64,000 nucleotides of DNA from Eledone cirrhosa (Eukaryota). Each line of letters begins with the position of its first letter. The first letter of the stretch is position 1. The stretch spans positions 36,952,001 through 37,016,000 of the forward strand of contig OZ024751.1 in the NCBI GenBank assembly GCA_964016885.1. Reading direction: 5' to 3'. Shown in pieces: positions 40,601 through 55,029 of the stretch. Made by a program: the position numbers and the translations under genes. Below the pieces are notes generated by a model. The model did not search any database and was not told the origin of the DNA. It worked only from the letters and a program-made list of their open reading frames with translations.

Positions 40601-41816
40601 AGATATATATATATATATATATTGATTGGTAACATTAAAGTACTGAAACAACCTAACTTCGATTTACATTGTATCCCAGTGATTTGACATAGAAAGGAAC
40701 AAGTCAGATGTACACCCGTATTAAATCCTACGTATGGTCATCGTTGTAATTGATGAGGATTTAAAAAATGTTGCTCCAGCAGGGCCAGAATTTGGTGGCT
40801 GAAATCAGTAAAAGAAATAAAATGCCCTAGATTCAATTTACATTGTCCCCTAGTGGTGAAACTAAGGATGGAAGGAACCTGTTGTTTTTGAAAGAGTATT
40901 AACGCCATTTTGTGATTGAGAGGTTTAAATGTTTGTTATTCTGGTGATGTTAGTAGTAGTGGGAGAGCTGAAATAGTTATAAGCATGACCTCCAGATGCC
41001 CGGTCATGGTAAACTGAGCGTCTTAGCTCGGTCATGCACTTTACTTTAGTTAGGAGAAGATTCCTGTAACGACACCTCCCTAGCCTTTATCCCCCCCCCT
41101 CTTTCTTAACCCACCCACATCATCCCACTATCTACATACATTAATGAAACAGCATTCCCTTACCCCTATTTACTTTATTGAGTACTTCAACGATCCCCGC
41201 CCCATATTCAACACATAACAACGTCAAAAACAACAAGAATAAAAAGCGAAAAAAAAAAACAAAAAAAAAACAAATAGGAAAAAAAAAAATGGAGACAACA
41301 TAAACGAAACATATTTTCTAGTTTTGTTATTCTCAACACAAAGGTCTGCTTCCACCCTTTCAATACCCCTGTCATTCGGGATCTCTATATCTGTTTTCTA
41401 CCCTTTACATACCCGATTTACTCCCTTTCATTTTAGCTATCTTCCACCCTTTTCATTGCCTTCATCACTCGCGTTTCCTCTCTCTACCTTGCACCCGTTT
41501 CTATACCCTTAACACTCACTCTCTCAATATCTAGTTTACACCCTTTTCAATAACCTTATCACTTACGCTCTCTCTCTCTCTATCTTCCAGCCTTTCCATA
41601 CCTTCATCACCCACACCTCCTCTCTCTATCTTCTTTCTCTTTATGTCAATACCATCCCTCCTCTATTCTTTACACTACAAACTAGAATCTCAGCCCACTT
41701 CTATTTCTTCTACTTATCCTACTTTATGTACACATACATCTGTCTATAGATGGTTCATACTAACAGTAACACCCTCAGCTTTGTTGAATGTGAATGCAAC
41801 AAATGCACCTGGACGC

Positions 41817-41924
<108 letters not shown>

Positions 41925-42045
41925 AATATACACACACTCACATAGTGTAGAGAAATGGGTAGAGTGATAGATAGCTAGAGTTGATGTTGATGATGGTAGG
42001 GTGATAGATAGACAGATAGATAATAGGTAGATATACAGACAGACC

Positions 42046-42092
<47 letters not shown>

Positions 42093-42138
42093 CATATATA
42101 GATTTATAGATCATAGATAGTTAGATAGATAATAGATA

Positions 42139-43076
42139 CATTTCTTTATTAGCCACGAGGGCACAAAAGAAGGGGACAAATACAAATGGGGAGTTTACAT
42201 ACAGGTATATGAAAATGAAATTGAAATCCCAATAGGGGGGAGGCGTTACACAGGGGTTGTACACACCCCGAAAACATGTACAACCCTCATCTCCAGGAGC
42301 ACCAAGAGTGAGTACTCCCTTCCTCTCTTCCTATTTTTCCTCAACCTACAGGCTTATATAGAGAGAAGGCCAAACCACTCGGGCCATCTTTGCCACATTC
42401 ACCCACCTTTTATAAAATTTGCTGGGGTACAGTACCTCTCTCTCCATCCTGATTCTTCTTCCAAAATGATATTTGAAAAAACGAATCAGTTGCTCGCCGG
42501 AGAGAAAGGTGTCTGACCTCAACCCTTTTAACCTCGTCCACCATATAACCTCTTTCACCATAGCCACAACACATAGGAAAACCGCCCCTCCCTCGTTTTT
42601 GAAGGAGGGTGCCGGTTTGATCATGACAATGGACTCGGTGGTCAACTGGATTGGTCCCACCTGCCACAATAGTCGTTCTACATAGCCCCACAGGTCGGTA
42701 ACGCCCGGGCAGTGTACAAATGCGTGCGCGACGGTTTCCTCGACGCGCACGCATCTCGGAAAGATCTTTTTCGAAGGGTCCCTACCCGGGTGCCCGTGTC
42801 TGTAGAGCTTGTCTCGAACTGGTAGAGCTCCTCGGTAGCACTGCCAGGCCAGGGAGTTTTGGAAGTTGTCCATCAGTCCCGGGCGGAAGGTCTTACCGAA
42901 GAGACGGGCCAGTTCGTCCTCCTCTACGCCTAGAGTTTCTCCGAGTGCGTCGTCGCACTTGCTGCGGACCAACCCTCTATAGAATCACGAAGTGGAGTCT
43001 CCACTGATCGCCGGGACCGTTTGCCAGAAGACTGTGAACGCCTGAGCACATTCGATGTGCCAGTCGCCCATTTTCC
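42139..43076 (-). mobile_element. 5'-truncated Tx1/L1-clade LINE (zf-RVT plus 3' UTR) with ~55-bp flanking duplication
   Basis: ORF 42346-42972: SLAWQCYRGALPVRDKLYRHG...RCVRVEETVAHAFVHC...MVKEVIWWTR...KFYKRW. 3' end GTGGCTAATAAAGAAA. Confidence 0.9.
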
Positions 43077-43287
43077 ATAGATAGATCATATATAGATTTA
43101 TAGATCATAGATATTAGATAGTTAAATAGATAGATGAATGGATAAGGAACTATTTATTTTAATTAAATTTTGTTTAAGCTTATGAAGATATATACTTGAT
43201 CGTGAATACGTATATATACATGTTTATATTAACGCGTGGTTGTATATGTGTGTCTACATCAATATATCTATCTATGATTCCACTCTA

Positions 43288-43373
<86 letters not shown>

Positions 43374-43431
43374 AATCCATGTCAATTCTGCGTGTCATGT
43401 TTCCGACCAGAAAATAATTAAAGACGGCCTT

Positions 43432-43577
43432 TGACGCATAGAGTTACGGCCCTTGCCATTCTGAGTTCAAATCCCGCCGAGGTTAACTTTGCTTTTCACC
43501 CTTACGGGGACGATAAAATAAAGTACCAGTAATGCACTGGGTATGTGCTGGCCTTGTGCCAAAAGGTAGAAACAATT
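43432..43577 (+). mobile_element. 5'-truncated SINE S1 with perfect 16-bp TSD
   Basis: aattaaagacggcctt at 43416-43431 and 43574-43589. Confidence 0.93.
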
Positions 43578-43604
43578 AAAGACGGCCTTAGTCACACAAC
43601 CGTA

Positions 43605-43646
<42 letters not shown>

Positions 43647-43700
43647 CTGTATGTGTGTATATATATATATGACTGTATGTGTGTATATATATATATATAC

Positions 43701-43788
<88 letters not shown>

Positions 43789-44141
43789 ATATATATATAT
43801 ATTCCTCATGCGGTGATCCAGTAAACATACAATCAAGCAGCAAGCCCTGCACTTGGATATATTTATTTATCTTAAGATGGAATGAATGTCTGAGTGCGTT
43901 ATAAGGACATGGACTTTATCTATAAGTGTTTATTTGTTCAACATTGATTATATATATACATACATATTTATATATATATAATCACATCTGTTTGATTATC
44001 TTCACTCATACACACACACTCACATATATATACACACACTAATGCTTATTAGGATATAGATATACACTTAGAAAAATCTATGCTTTATTCTAAGACATTC
44101 TCATTTGCTTGGGCGGCGTCATACCCGAGCCATATGTGTGT

Positions 44142-44189
<48 letters not shown>

Positions 44190-44205
44190 AATCACTTTTC
44201 CCAAA

Positions 44206-44275
<70 letters not shown>

Positions 44276-45043
44276 CGTTTGACAAACGTGATTCAAGCTC
44301 AATGCGTGATACCTTAGGCAAATATAATCTACTACAACCCTCGGTTGTCCGAGGCACTGTTATAAAATTTCCTCGGAGCAACGGCACGGTTTCAATCTAA
44401 TGACTAAAACCAGACAAACATTATAAGAAGAGCTTACATTCTATATCCGTCTATTTCATCAAATTTGCCTCCTGCTCCAGGATGTAGATCCGGCCCATCA
44501 CATCTCATTAAAGAATAAGAACCGTGGTAAATATACTCGACTAAAACCCATTGAGAGTGGTACCCCAATTAAATGACTGAAACCAGTAAAATGATAAAAG
44601 AATACCAGACATTCCACGGCTGTCTGATTCAACAAAGCTACTTCTCCCCTCAGACACTAGTTCCTACTCATCACTTGTCTTTAACTAATAACAACTCAAT
44701 AGTTCAAACAAAAATATTAGTCACACTAAAATTTCCCTAAGTTCTCACCTTTCCCAAACAGCCTACAGTCACGCCTTTTCTTCACGATTGATTGAAAAAC
44801 TTGACATACCAAACTATATAATAGGACCGATATTATATTACAGGTGTCAAACATTGCAGGAGAGAAACATTAGACATATAATTTCAGGTAATCATTAAAT
44901 AAAATAAAAACAGTTTATCGTATTGCATCGCTATTTACTGTATACCCACGCAAAAAGGAAACAAAATTCAGTTTCTCACGATTTGACGGGTGATGCTGAT
45001 GATGACGAATATACACATATATAATTTTACTCTAGTGCATTAT

Positions 45044-45088
<45 letters not shown>

Positions 45089-45299
45089 TATATATATATA
45101 TATATTGTTATACTTGGGTAGGGTTGTATTTGTGTAATAATATTGCCAGAATTAATAACAGAACACACTCACTGTTTGGTTGGTTCTCGCTTCTGTGTCT
45201 TTTATATTGGTTAATGTAATTTATTCGGTCCTCAATGTTACCATTGGTGACCAACGGTCAAAAATACAGATACAATATATACACACACACACATATATA

Positions 45300-45540
45300 T
45301 AGTCTAACAAAGTTCTTTCTTTGCACATCTGCAACATCGTCAGTGGTGCTATTATGTTTCCTCCCGTTGTATTTGATATGTTTGTTGTGTATATTTTGAA
45401 GGAAACAGTGTTTTAAGAAGCGGATTTGTTCTGTTGTTATTATAGTTTTTATATAACAGAAAACAGTGTCTTTCAATAACCTTTCAGCTTGGCGCAAGCT
45501 AATTCCATAACGGCGATGAATTAGTTTTGCGAGGTTTTCG

Positions 45541-45541
<1 letters not shown>
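45300..45541 (-). pseudogene. N-terminal fragment of a Penelope-like element ORF
   Basis: ENLAKLIHRRYGISLRQAERLLKDTVFCYIKTIITTEQIRFLKHCFLQNIHNKH fits the 'I..RYG......R..............I.FL..C....I' pattern I associate with PLE N-termini. Bounded by TA runs. Motif recall only. Confidence 0.5.
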
Positions 45542-45575
<34 letters not shown>

Positions 45576-45851
45576 CTTAAAATGGAATGAGAATAAGAAG
45601 AAAGCAAGAACGGGGTGGGGTGGGGGGGTCCCTCATCAGTTGTCTACTGGGGGTCTCGGATATTTCAAAGCTTTAAATATATATATATAACAACACAATA
45701 TAATTATTCCATTACCTAAGGTTTCACGAAGTTAGACGATTCTAACAGAAACGTCTAATATCTCTCACCAGAAGGAATCTTTGAGCGATATCAGTTGTTT
45801 CTGTTAGAATCGTGAGAAACAATGAGTAACAGAAACGCCCCCTGCCCCACC

Positions 45852-45931
<80 letters not shown>

Positions 45932-45937
45932 CTTTAG

Positions 45938-46025
45938 TTAAATCTGCGATGAACTGGCATCCTCTCCATGGGAGAGTCTTGTACTCTGCGCCGCTTCTAG
46001 CCACGGAAACCGGTATAAGCACTAT
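45938..46025 (+). mobile_element. SINE S2 3' fragment
   Basis: ctgcgatgaactggcatcctctccatgggagagtcttgtactct...ggaaaccggtataagcac matches the S2 3' half. Confidence 0.75.
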
Positions 46026-46055
46026 ATGAGCCTCCGAGCTCGAGACAGTCTTTAA

Positions 46056-46160
<105 letters not shown>

Positions 46161-46692
46161 GGGAGAGTAATTGTGTATGTGTGTGTAAAACGTACATACA
46201 TGCATAATAATAATAATAATAATGTAGTTATATATATTTAACAGTGAATGATAGGTGTAACACTGGTTAAGAGTAACAATCTCCGAGTGTTGTACAGCTG
46301 TTTAGTTCCATTAGATGTGGTGGCAGCTGAACCTATCAAATACTTATAAATTATGATTAATTCAACTCAACGGCTTCCACCAACAGCTGTAGTAAAACAT
46401 ATGAAATATATTACTTCGAAAGTAATGACCATTCTTTTTGATATTTCCTTATCCACACCACACATACATACCCCCACAACACATATATATATATATATAT
46501 ATTTTTTTTTTGTGTGTATATATATATGTACACACAAACATACACATCTATATATATATATGTGTTTTGTCTATATATATATTTACACACACACATACAT
46601 CTCTCTCTGTCTGACTCTCTCTCTCTCTCTCTCTCTCTCACTATATATATATATATGTGTGTGTGTATATTTTGTGTGTGTGTATATGTTCA

Positions 46693-46789
<97 letters not shown>

Positions 46790-46910
46790 TTTAGAGGAGT
46801 GATTATGTCTGTGTACCAGCTGTACACACGGTCTTGAAACCCAACGTAAGATTTATTTGAGTAATTACATCGTTCATTTGGAATTATATATATATATACA
46901 CACACATATT

Positions 46911-46977
<67 letters not shown>

Positions 46978-47164
46978 ATGTATGTATATATATGTATGTA
47001 TATGTATGTATGCATATCAACGATCAAATCTCACGCTCCTCACTTCCCTCTTTTCTCCCCCCTAACAACATCATCACTTTTATTATATAATTGTTCTAAT
47101 GATCTCTCTTCCAACTGAACCGCTTTAATCCATCTAACTTATTCTTGAAATGTCCCTTTTATGC

Positions 47165-47237
<73 letters not shown>

Positions 47238-47431
47238 CCTCTCTCTCTCACTCTCTCTCTCCCACCCTCCCCCTCTCTCTATATATATATTTATATATAT
47301 TATACATATATACACATAGAGAGAGAGAGAAAGAAGCAGACAAAACACCACAGTAACAAGACTCACTATTTTTCCTTAATAAAATAAATAAACTTTACTT
47401 CGGTATTGAGTACTTTATTCTCTCAGCCATC

Positions 47432-47491
<60 letters not shown>

Positions 47492-48293
47492 GTGTTTGTA
47501 TGCAAATCTCAGTAAAATCACAACGTAAAAATAATCAAAACAGATACAAAAGTATTTGCAATACTCCTGAACCATATTCACAGTAACTTGTGCTTAGTTA
47601 TTTGCATTAAAAATTAAAATTGAAGAAAATCATTTTATCAAGCTGAATCCCTTTTCTAATATCCTTGTTTGTCGACAACAACTACTTCTATCGAGTGGTT
47701 GTACTGGTTAAATGATGCATTTCATCCTCTACTAATTGCCCGCTACGTACATTAATCTCTAAACCGTATTAATAGAGAAGTGTGACAATTTGGACTTGAT
47801 AGAATTGGCTGTGTCATTAATTGCATCGTGTTGAGAGGAAGGATTAAAGAACGGAAAAATCAATTAGAGACGAATATATCTTGATCCCATTATGGCTATT
47901 TTCAAATCCGTTAAGTGATGTCGTTTATTCGACGAGTGAAGGCGCAAATTTCCACACATAGTAAAACTGCGCTTTGACGAAGTCATTTAACACCGCGACA
48001 ACAGTGGAAGAAAGTAAGATTATGCTAATTCCGAAATAAGACGATCAAAACGAAGTGCTGAATAAATATAAAGACTTGCTGAACTCAATGGCTGGTCAAA
48101 TCCAGTTATTTATAGAACTGTCTTCCAATATAAGGGTCTTATAATAGCGATTTAGTTCGTAGACATAAGAGATGTTTATAATTGCGAAGGAGGGATATAG
48201 GCCATTGAATTTATTTCAATATATTATAGAAATTATTATTTTATCGGATGAAAGGCGGATGTGAACCTGACTGGACTATAACTAGAGAAAGGT

Positions 48294-48445
48294 AATTGTT
48301 TCTACTTTAGGCACAAGGCCAGCAATTATCCCAGTGCATTACTGGTACTTTATTTTATCGACCCCGTAAGGATGAAAGGCAAAGTTAACCTCGGCGAGAT
48401 TTGAACTCAGATCATAAAGGGACGTAACTATGCTGGAAATAATGT
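48294..48445 (-). mobile_element. SINE S1, 5'-truncated
   Basis: Reverse-complement tail, core and B-box. Confidence 0.9.
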
Positions 48446-49038
48446 GGTATTTCGAAAATGCTTCCATAGTCTCTCTAAGTCGCTGTTTCTGCATCTCGCA
48501 TTCAATAGCCTCTGGTGTCTCACTACATAATATTTTCTTTAAAAAAGTATGACCTTGTAAAATATATACAGGCATGACATTAATTATGGGCAATGCCCAA
48601 ACAAATACGATAACTAAGGGTCGAAATGGGGCCTTCAGGAGAGTGTTTAGAAAAGTAAACTGAAGAGTAATGTTACTCGAATTGGTGCATAGCTTGTAGA
48701 TCTGTGAGTCACTTCAGTTTGAGCCGCTACATCTTCCAATTGAGAGATCAGAGCTCCAATATTTCAAACATTCATTCGGATAGAATGCCTAAGGAAAAAA
48801 TCACGGGACAGAATTTACGGGTAGACAATACGAAAGATAAGGGAATCATTAATTTTTGTGTGGAACTCTTTACACTCATTATTCGTAAAATAACGTTTTT
48901 TTTTTCTCGTTAGATTACTCCTTGCACCCAGCGAGAAAAGTCAGTTCTAGAACGGCTCCTCATAAACTGGTTGCCATAATTGGACCCAGAAACCTAAGGT
49001 CGCTCATACAAGATAAACGTATGAAATTTGATATAAAA

Positions 49039-49093
<55 letters not shown>

Positions 49094-49225
49094 TTCACAT
49101 TTCTTTATACACGTCTAATGTATGTCTAGCTAATTAAGAAACAAATATGGCGCAAACGAATATTTACGACTGCATATATGTGTGTATACGTGTGTATGAT
49201 TTAAGTGAATGTATATGGAAATAGG

Positions 49226-49279
<54 letters not shown>

Positions 49280-49912
49280 TATATATATATATATATGTGT
49301 GTATGAGTGTTTGTGTATGTGTATGAGTGTGTGGGTGTATGAGTATCACAACAGATGACTAACTAGACACACTTGTAAGATTGGTCATTAAAAATATCTC
49401 AAATATTTTTTTCCATATGTTCTTATATTACCGTTGTTATAATGTTGCTGCTGTTGTTGCTGTTACAACATTATATTGTTGTTGTTGCTATGCTATATTG
49501 CAATATCATTATACAGTTCTCATGTTATTTTGATTCTTCTCGTCCTCATTGTTATGTTCTCTTAATATGGCTGTTGGTTATTTGGACGAAATCGTAATTA
49601 CGTGTGGCAGAATTTACCGAAAATGGATTGCTTAATATGGCTTGGTTTGTTAAGAAACAATAAAGAATATAATATTAAAAATATTTGTTAGTTTTTATGA
49701 AAATGATAGACTTACTTGTCTCTGTCTGTACAAACTTCTCGATTCTGCTTTCGTCTGTAATGTTACCGGATTAAGAAAAACAACAACAAACAAACATAAA
49801 TATCGTAAAAAAGACTCATATAAACAGACATACAGACAAACAGACAATCAAAGATGTAAATACTGCCTCGCGATTCAAACCTACACAAACACATACCTAC
49901 TTATCTCTCTTT

Positions 49913-49998
<86 letters not shown>

Positions 49999-50226
49999 GC
50001 ATATATGTGTGTATGTACGATTATGTGTGTATGTACGATTATGTGTATATAATTGTCTACGTATGTATTCGTGTGTGTGTGTTGATAACCCGAGAAAACA
50101 AACTAGACATAAAGATGGTATGGTAACAGATGGAACGCGTTTGATAACATTTTTGAGATATAATGACTGACCTAAAAACCCACCAGAACAACCAGAACGA
50201 CAACAAATACAATGTGAGGCTATATG

Positions 50227-50810
50227 AGTTCAAAGTGAATATAACGATTTCAAAGTGAGTATACCGATCTCAGAGAGAATATGTATCAGGAGAAACTTTA
50301 TTAGCTTGATATATGACATAATAATCAGAAAGACAGTGTTTCTAAATGACAATTTTAAGAGGTTATTTTCTTTGAAATTATTGCATCTATAAAACCTGAC
50401 GTAGTGTGTGGCTTCTAAAATCGTTAAGTACAGTTTCAGAGGTAAACTCCTTATTATTTTAACAGTGTTTTTTTGCAATGCCTAGTAAACGACATCAAGT
50501 GAAGATTGAACAATGTTCACACAATTGAATCAGTGTCATTACCGTACACCTAAATTAACTAGAAAATATTACAACTACATTATGAGATTTTCACCTCATT
50601 ACTTGGCTGATAATAACTTATAATCAACCATCTTTGACATCACAAACGATGTTAAGATGTTATTTCATGATTTGGTCATCTCTTAAAATATCATAGTCAA
50701 ATATTTGCTTTAATCTCATTGCGAAATCGTTATTTTCACTTTTAAGTCGTATCATCTTATTTTGATATCTATAATCTCACTTTGAATTTGCAAAGCCCCA
50801 CTTTGAACTG
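50227..50810. mobile_element. Old MITE or non-autonomous DNA transposon with degenerate ~45-bp TIRs
   Basis: Left agttcaaagtg...ttcaaagtgag.tat..gat.tc; right gatatctataatctcactttgaa...cactttgaact (reverse complement). Confidence 0.5.
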
Positions 50811-51069
50811 ATGTTTCGTCATTTAGAATTCCCAATATTGTATCACGTCTGCAGATATCCTTAGGACAGGCATAAAGGTCATTAGTCTTAGAAAAAGCTC
50901 TCTTCTAATATCATGAAGCCATTGTAGTTTGTAGAGAGAGAAATATATAGATAAATCAATATTTATCATATACTGGGTGAGATCAACATTGTCAGTCATA
51001 TTTCTGCTGACGATAAAATAACTATTACATTAATATAGATGATGGATATTCAAATTGATTACAGCAACC

Positions 51070-51155
<86 letters not shown>

Positions 51156-51624
51156 GTGTGTGTGTATGTATTTATGTATTTAAATATCACCATAAACATG
51201 TGTATGTATAATGCATATAAACACATGTATATAAAAATACACACTCACACATACATCTCTCTCTATACATATGTAAGTATGTATGTATGTACGTATGTAT
51301 GTGTGTATATGTGTGTGGTGTGTGTGTGTGTGTGTGTGTGTGTGGCGTGTAGGCCAATATTTGAATTTGTACCTCACCAAGAAACAATGTAATCGGTATT
51401 TCGGTTAGAGATGATGGGACAGAAGAAACGTCTGAGTAATTTTATAAATAAAATATTTACATATTTACTTGCGGCCGGCCGCTTACGATCTAGTAAACTG
51501 CGACATCTCTTGCCTCTGGGGTTGATAATTTCAAATACAATAGTGGAGGACATATTAGAACCCCTAGATCAGACACCTTCCATCTCTAACTTACACATTC
51601 ATGAATCGACATATGACTAAAGAT

Positions 51625-51925
51625 CACCATGTATTTTATCTTCTATTTTACATACGCGTGAACCATCCAGCATGTGGATCAAACCCACGACTTTACAATG
51701 CCGAGACCAATATCCTAACATCTAGGCTTCGCACTTTCAATATCCAACTCAGCCATTAAAACATAGACACGTAAATAAATAGCACCATGTATTTTATCTT
51801 CCAAGCACGTGGATCAAACCCACGACTTTACAATGCTGACTTTACAATCAACCTCCTAACAGCTAGGCTTCGTACTTTCAATATCCAACTAAGCCATTAA
51901 AACATAGACAAGTAAATAAAGACCA
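51625..51925 (-). repeat. Tandem duplication (~150 bp) containing a tRNA-like SINE head
   Basis: caccatgtattttatcttc...gtggatcaaacccacgactttacaatg...ctaggcttcg...taaataaa occurs twice. The minus strand has A-box-like AGCCTAGATGTTAGG and B-box-like GGGTTTGATCC. Confidence 0.7.
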
Positions 51926-52676
51926 CGAGGTATTTTGCCTCACCACCCTATCTATTGTGCTATTCACCATCTTCTAAGATTCTTACAATAAAACCTCTGC
52001 ACAGTTTCAATAGTCGCTATAAACCTATTCACTAGCAATAGGCGATTAACAGCTGTTGGGTAGGTTTCAATACAACAGTATCCAGTTTCTGTATTCATTA
52101 AATGTCTAGTCAGAAAAGAGCCTAATAATATATATATACTACTGTTTATATATCAGCATTCTTGTGTGTATATAATAGATGTGATACCGCTTATATATCA
52201 GCATTTGTGTCTATACAATATATATGTGTCAATGTGAGTATATATGCGTCATACTGAACTGTCTGTAAAAGATTGTGTGTCGAATTCATTATATGTATGG
52301 ATGTATCGTATGTATATATGTATATAATTCTGTGTGTGTGTATTCGTGTGTGTATGTGTGTGTGTGTGTATGTGTTGTGTGTGTGTGATGAAAGCGTTCA
52401 AGAAACACTTTATATAATGCATGCTGCTTGAAAAGAATCCATGTTTCACATGTGTTAAGAGGCCAAGTTTAATACGCATGCGTGATATCATGTTAAGGCC
52501 AGCCTTCCGATACAAGACACCTGAGACCCGAAGGAATGAATCGCTTTCTTTAGCTTTAGAGAAAGACATTTTATCCTCGCCTTAATAGAGCCAATAGTTC
52601 ATACAGTCATAGATTGCGTTGCAGCTTTTAACCATTGTATTTAATTATAGACTATAGTGTATGTAGTATTATTAAT

Positions 52677-53241
52677 AATTGTTTCTACGTTGGCACAAGG
52701 TCAGCAATTACACAGTGCATTACTGGTACTTTATTTTTTCGGCCTTGAGATTTGAACTCAGAATGGCAAAGGCCGTAACTCTATGCGTCAAAGTATGACG
52801 TCCGACTCTCTACCGATACTGCCAATCCACCGCCCTGTATTATTATTAATAATATGTAAAATTTATTTATACTTTTGACACATGGCCAGCAACCTGAATG
52901 GAGGGGCAGCCCGATTAAATCGACGAAATACTCGACTGGTACTCTTTTTTAACGAAGCCTAAAGAATGAAAGAAAAAGTTGTCCTCAGCGGGATTTGGTC
53001 TCAGACGTAAACGTCCCTAACTATTTGCCGCAAAGTGTTTTGCTCGACGCTCTTCCGAAACTGCCAATCCATCGCATTGCCGTTAGTTAATTCAATAATA
53101 ATAATAATGGTTTCTGATTTAGGCACAAAGCCAGGACATTTTGGGGGAGGAAAGTCGATTAAATCACTCCAAGTACGTTACTGGTACTTTATTTTCTCGA
53201 CCCCGTAAGGATGTAAGGCAAAGCGGGATTTGAACTCAGAA
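52677..53241 (-). mobile_element. Cluster of three same-orientation SINE S1 copies (52677-52835, 52870-53075, 53108-53241)
   Basis: The first has an internal core deletion and TSD tgta(g/t)tattattaataat. The other two are long-tail variants. Confidence 0.85.
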
Positions 53242-54823
53242 CTTAATTAATAATAACAATAATAATGTGTTCATGAAGAAGATTTTATTTAATGTAATTA
53301 ATGTTTTTATATGTGAATTGAGATGTAATTTTTGTCATGAAATATAAAGAAGGATTTTCTCTGGCTGAACAACGGATTTCTTTTCTTGTAACATAAATAA
53401 TTTTTCGATGATATTCAATAGAAGTTACGACCGACAGACAGCATCAGTAATAGAAAGACCATTAGACTTTGTTTTGGTTGTTTTGTTTCTTTATCAGACG
53501 ACTGACTTCTTAAATGTTGGTTATACATAACAGAAACGTTTTCTGTTTGAGTTAGAAATGATGCTTGTACCTGGTTGAGGTGCATTTAAATTAGCATTAA
53601 ACTCCTGCTTTTTGGACTCAAGACACTCTTCCGCAGTTTCAAAATTGTTCGAGGTGCAAGTCCACATTAAGAGCCTCAGAAAAGACCGCCCAACGCGGTC
53701 AAACAGTTTTTCGTTCTGGCCTGGCATTTTTCAAGTAAAATTATTGTATAAAAACAACACAAAAACTTCCACAAAAATATAAATGATAATCTAATAAAGG
53801 AGAATCTCAATCAATTATACAAGATCAATATATGGACGATTTCAAAACACTTCACCATATATTATAATATTGACTAGAATTCGATTTGATGTGAGTCCGA
53901 TAGGAGATAACATTGATAAGTAAGAAAATATATACACTACCTTTTGTTACGTCACATAGTTCTTGGCGATTGTGACGTGGTTCTTTAAAAACTTTAAAAA
54001 AAAAACAATGCATTATAAAATACTAACTAGGAAACCGAATGATTCTCGGCTTCAGAGTTAAGAATAAAGTAAATAAAATACTGAATCGTTAGAGCGCCAA
54101 ATTGAACGCTATGGGGAATCCGTTCTTCTTCTCTACACTTTCTCCCACCGAAGCCGATTTTGCTGTTCATACTTTAGATATCGATGAATAAGGTAATCAA
54201 TCACCCAATACGGGAGTAGATACTTCTTTCTCTCTCTCCTTCTTGCACTCTTCCTTCCTTTCTCAATATCTCACACACACTCTCTATCTCCATCTCTCTC
54301 ATTTTCTGTCGCTTCTCTCTCTCACTCTATTTCCCCTCTTTCTGAATACATTTGCATTTCAAAGGAAGAGTCATGTTAAATACTATGTGCATTGAGGCAA
54401 TCCCACTCTCTGAGCGACAATAACTATAACCCGAAAAGAAGAAAAGATCAACATCTTTCTGAAGGACCCCTAGCCTTTTTCTGGGCATTCTTCTAGGAGA
54501 AGGCAACTCAGGAAACTTTTACTATGTTGAGCGGGGAATTACTTTAAGGGTGAGATCAAATAAGGAGACATTTCTATTTCAATGAGGAGTTTTATCATTT
54601 GATCATATAACCGAAGATTCATCGTCGAAATGGACGAAGGATCTGTTTTACATGAACCAAGAAAATGCAGGAGAAAGTGAGATAGGGTGGGGAAAGAAGT
54701 GTTTAGTCTGACCGAGTTCATATAATGACCCCAATCTCGTCACAACATAAACTGATTGACTGGTGTATATATATATATATATACAAGATACACATTTATA
54801 CGCACATATAATCACACACACAC

Positions 54824-54894
<71 letters not shown>

Positions 54895-55029
54895 AATATA
54901 TTTGTGTCATGTATGTATATATATATATATATATATATACTATTATCATGCCAACACCACCGCACATAACAAGACAATGACGGATTTTCCATGGATTGAT
55001 TGATAGAGAAGTAATAGAAACTTTGACAG

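Noticed and set aside
53521-53727. ORF with NNFETAEEC (Kunitz-like) and LFDRVGRSFLRLLM
   Set aside because: It lacks the Kunitz F-x-YGGC and other cysteines, and the splice signals are weak. I cannot assign it without a search.
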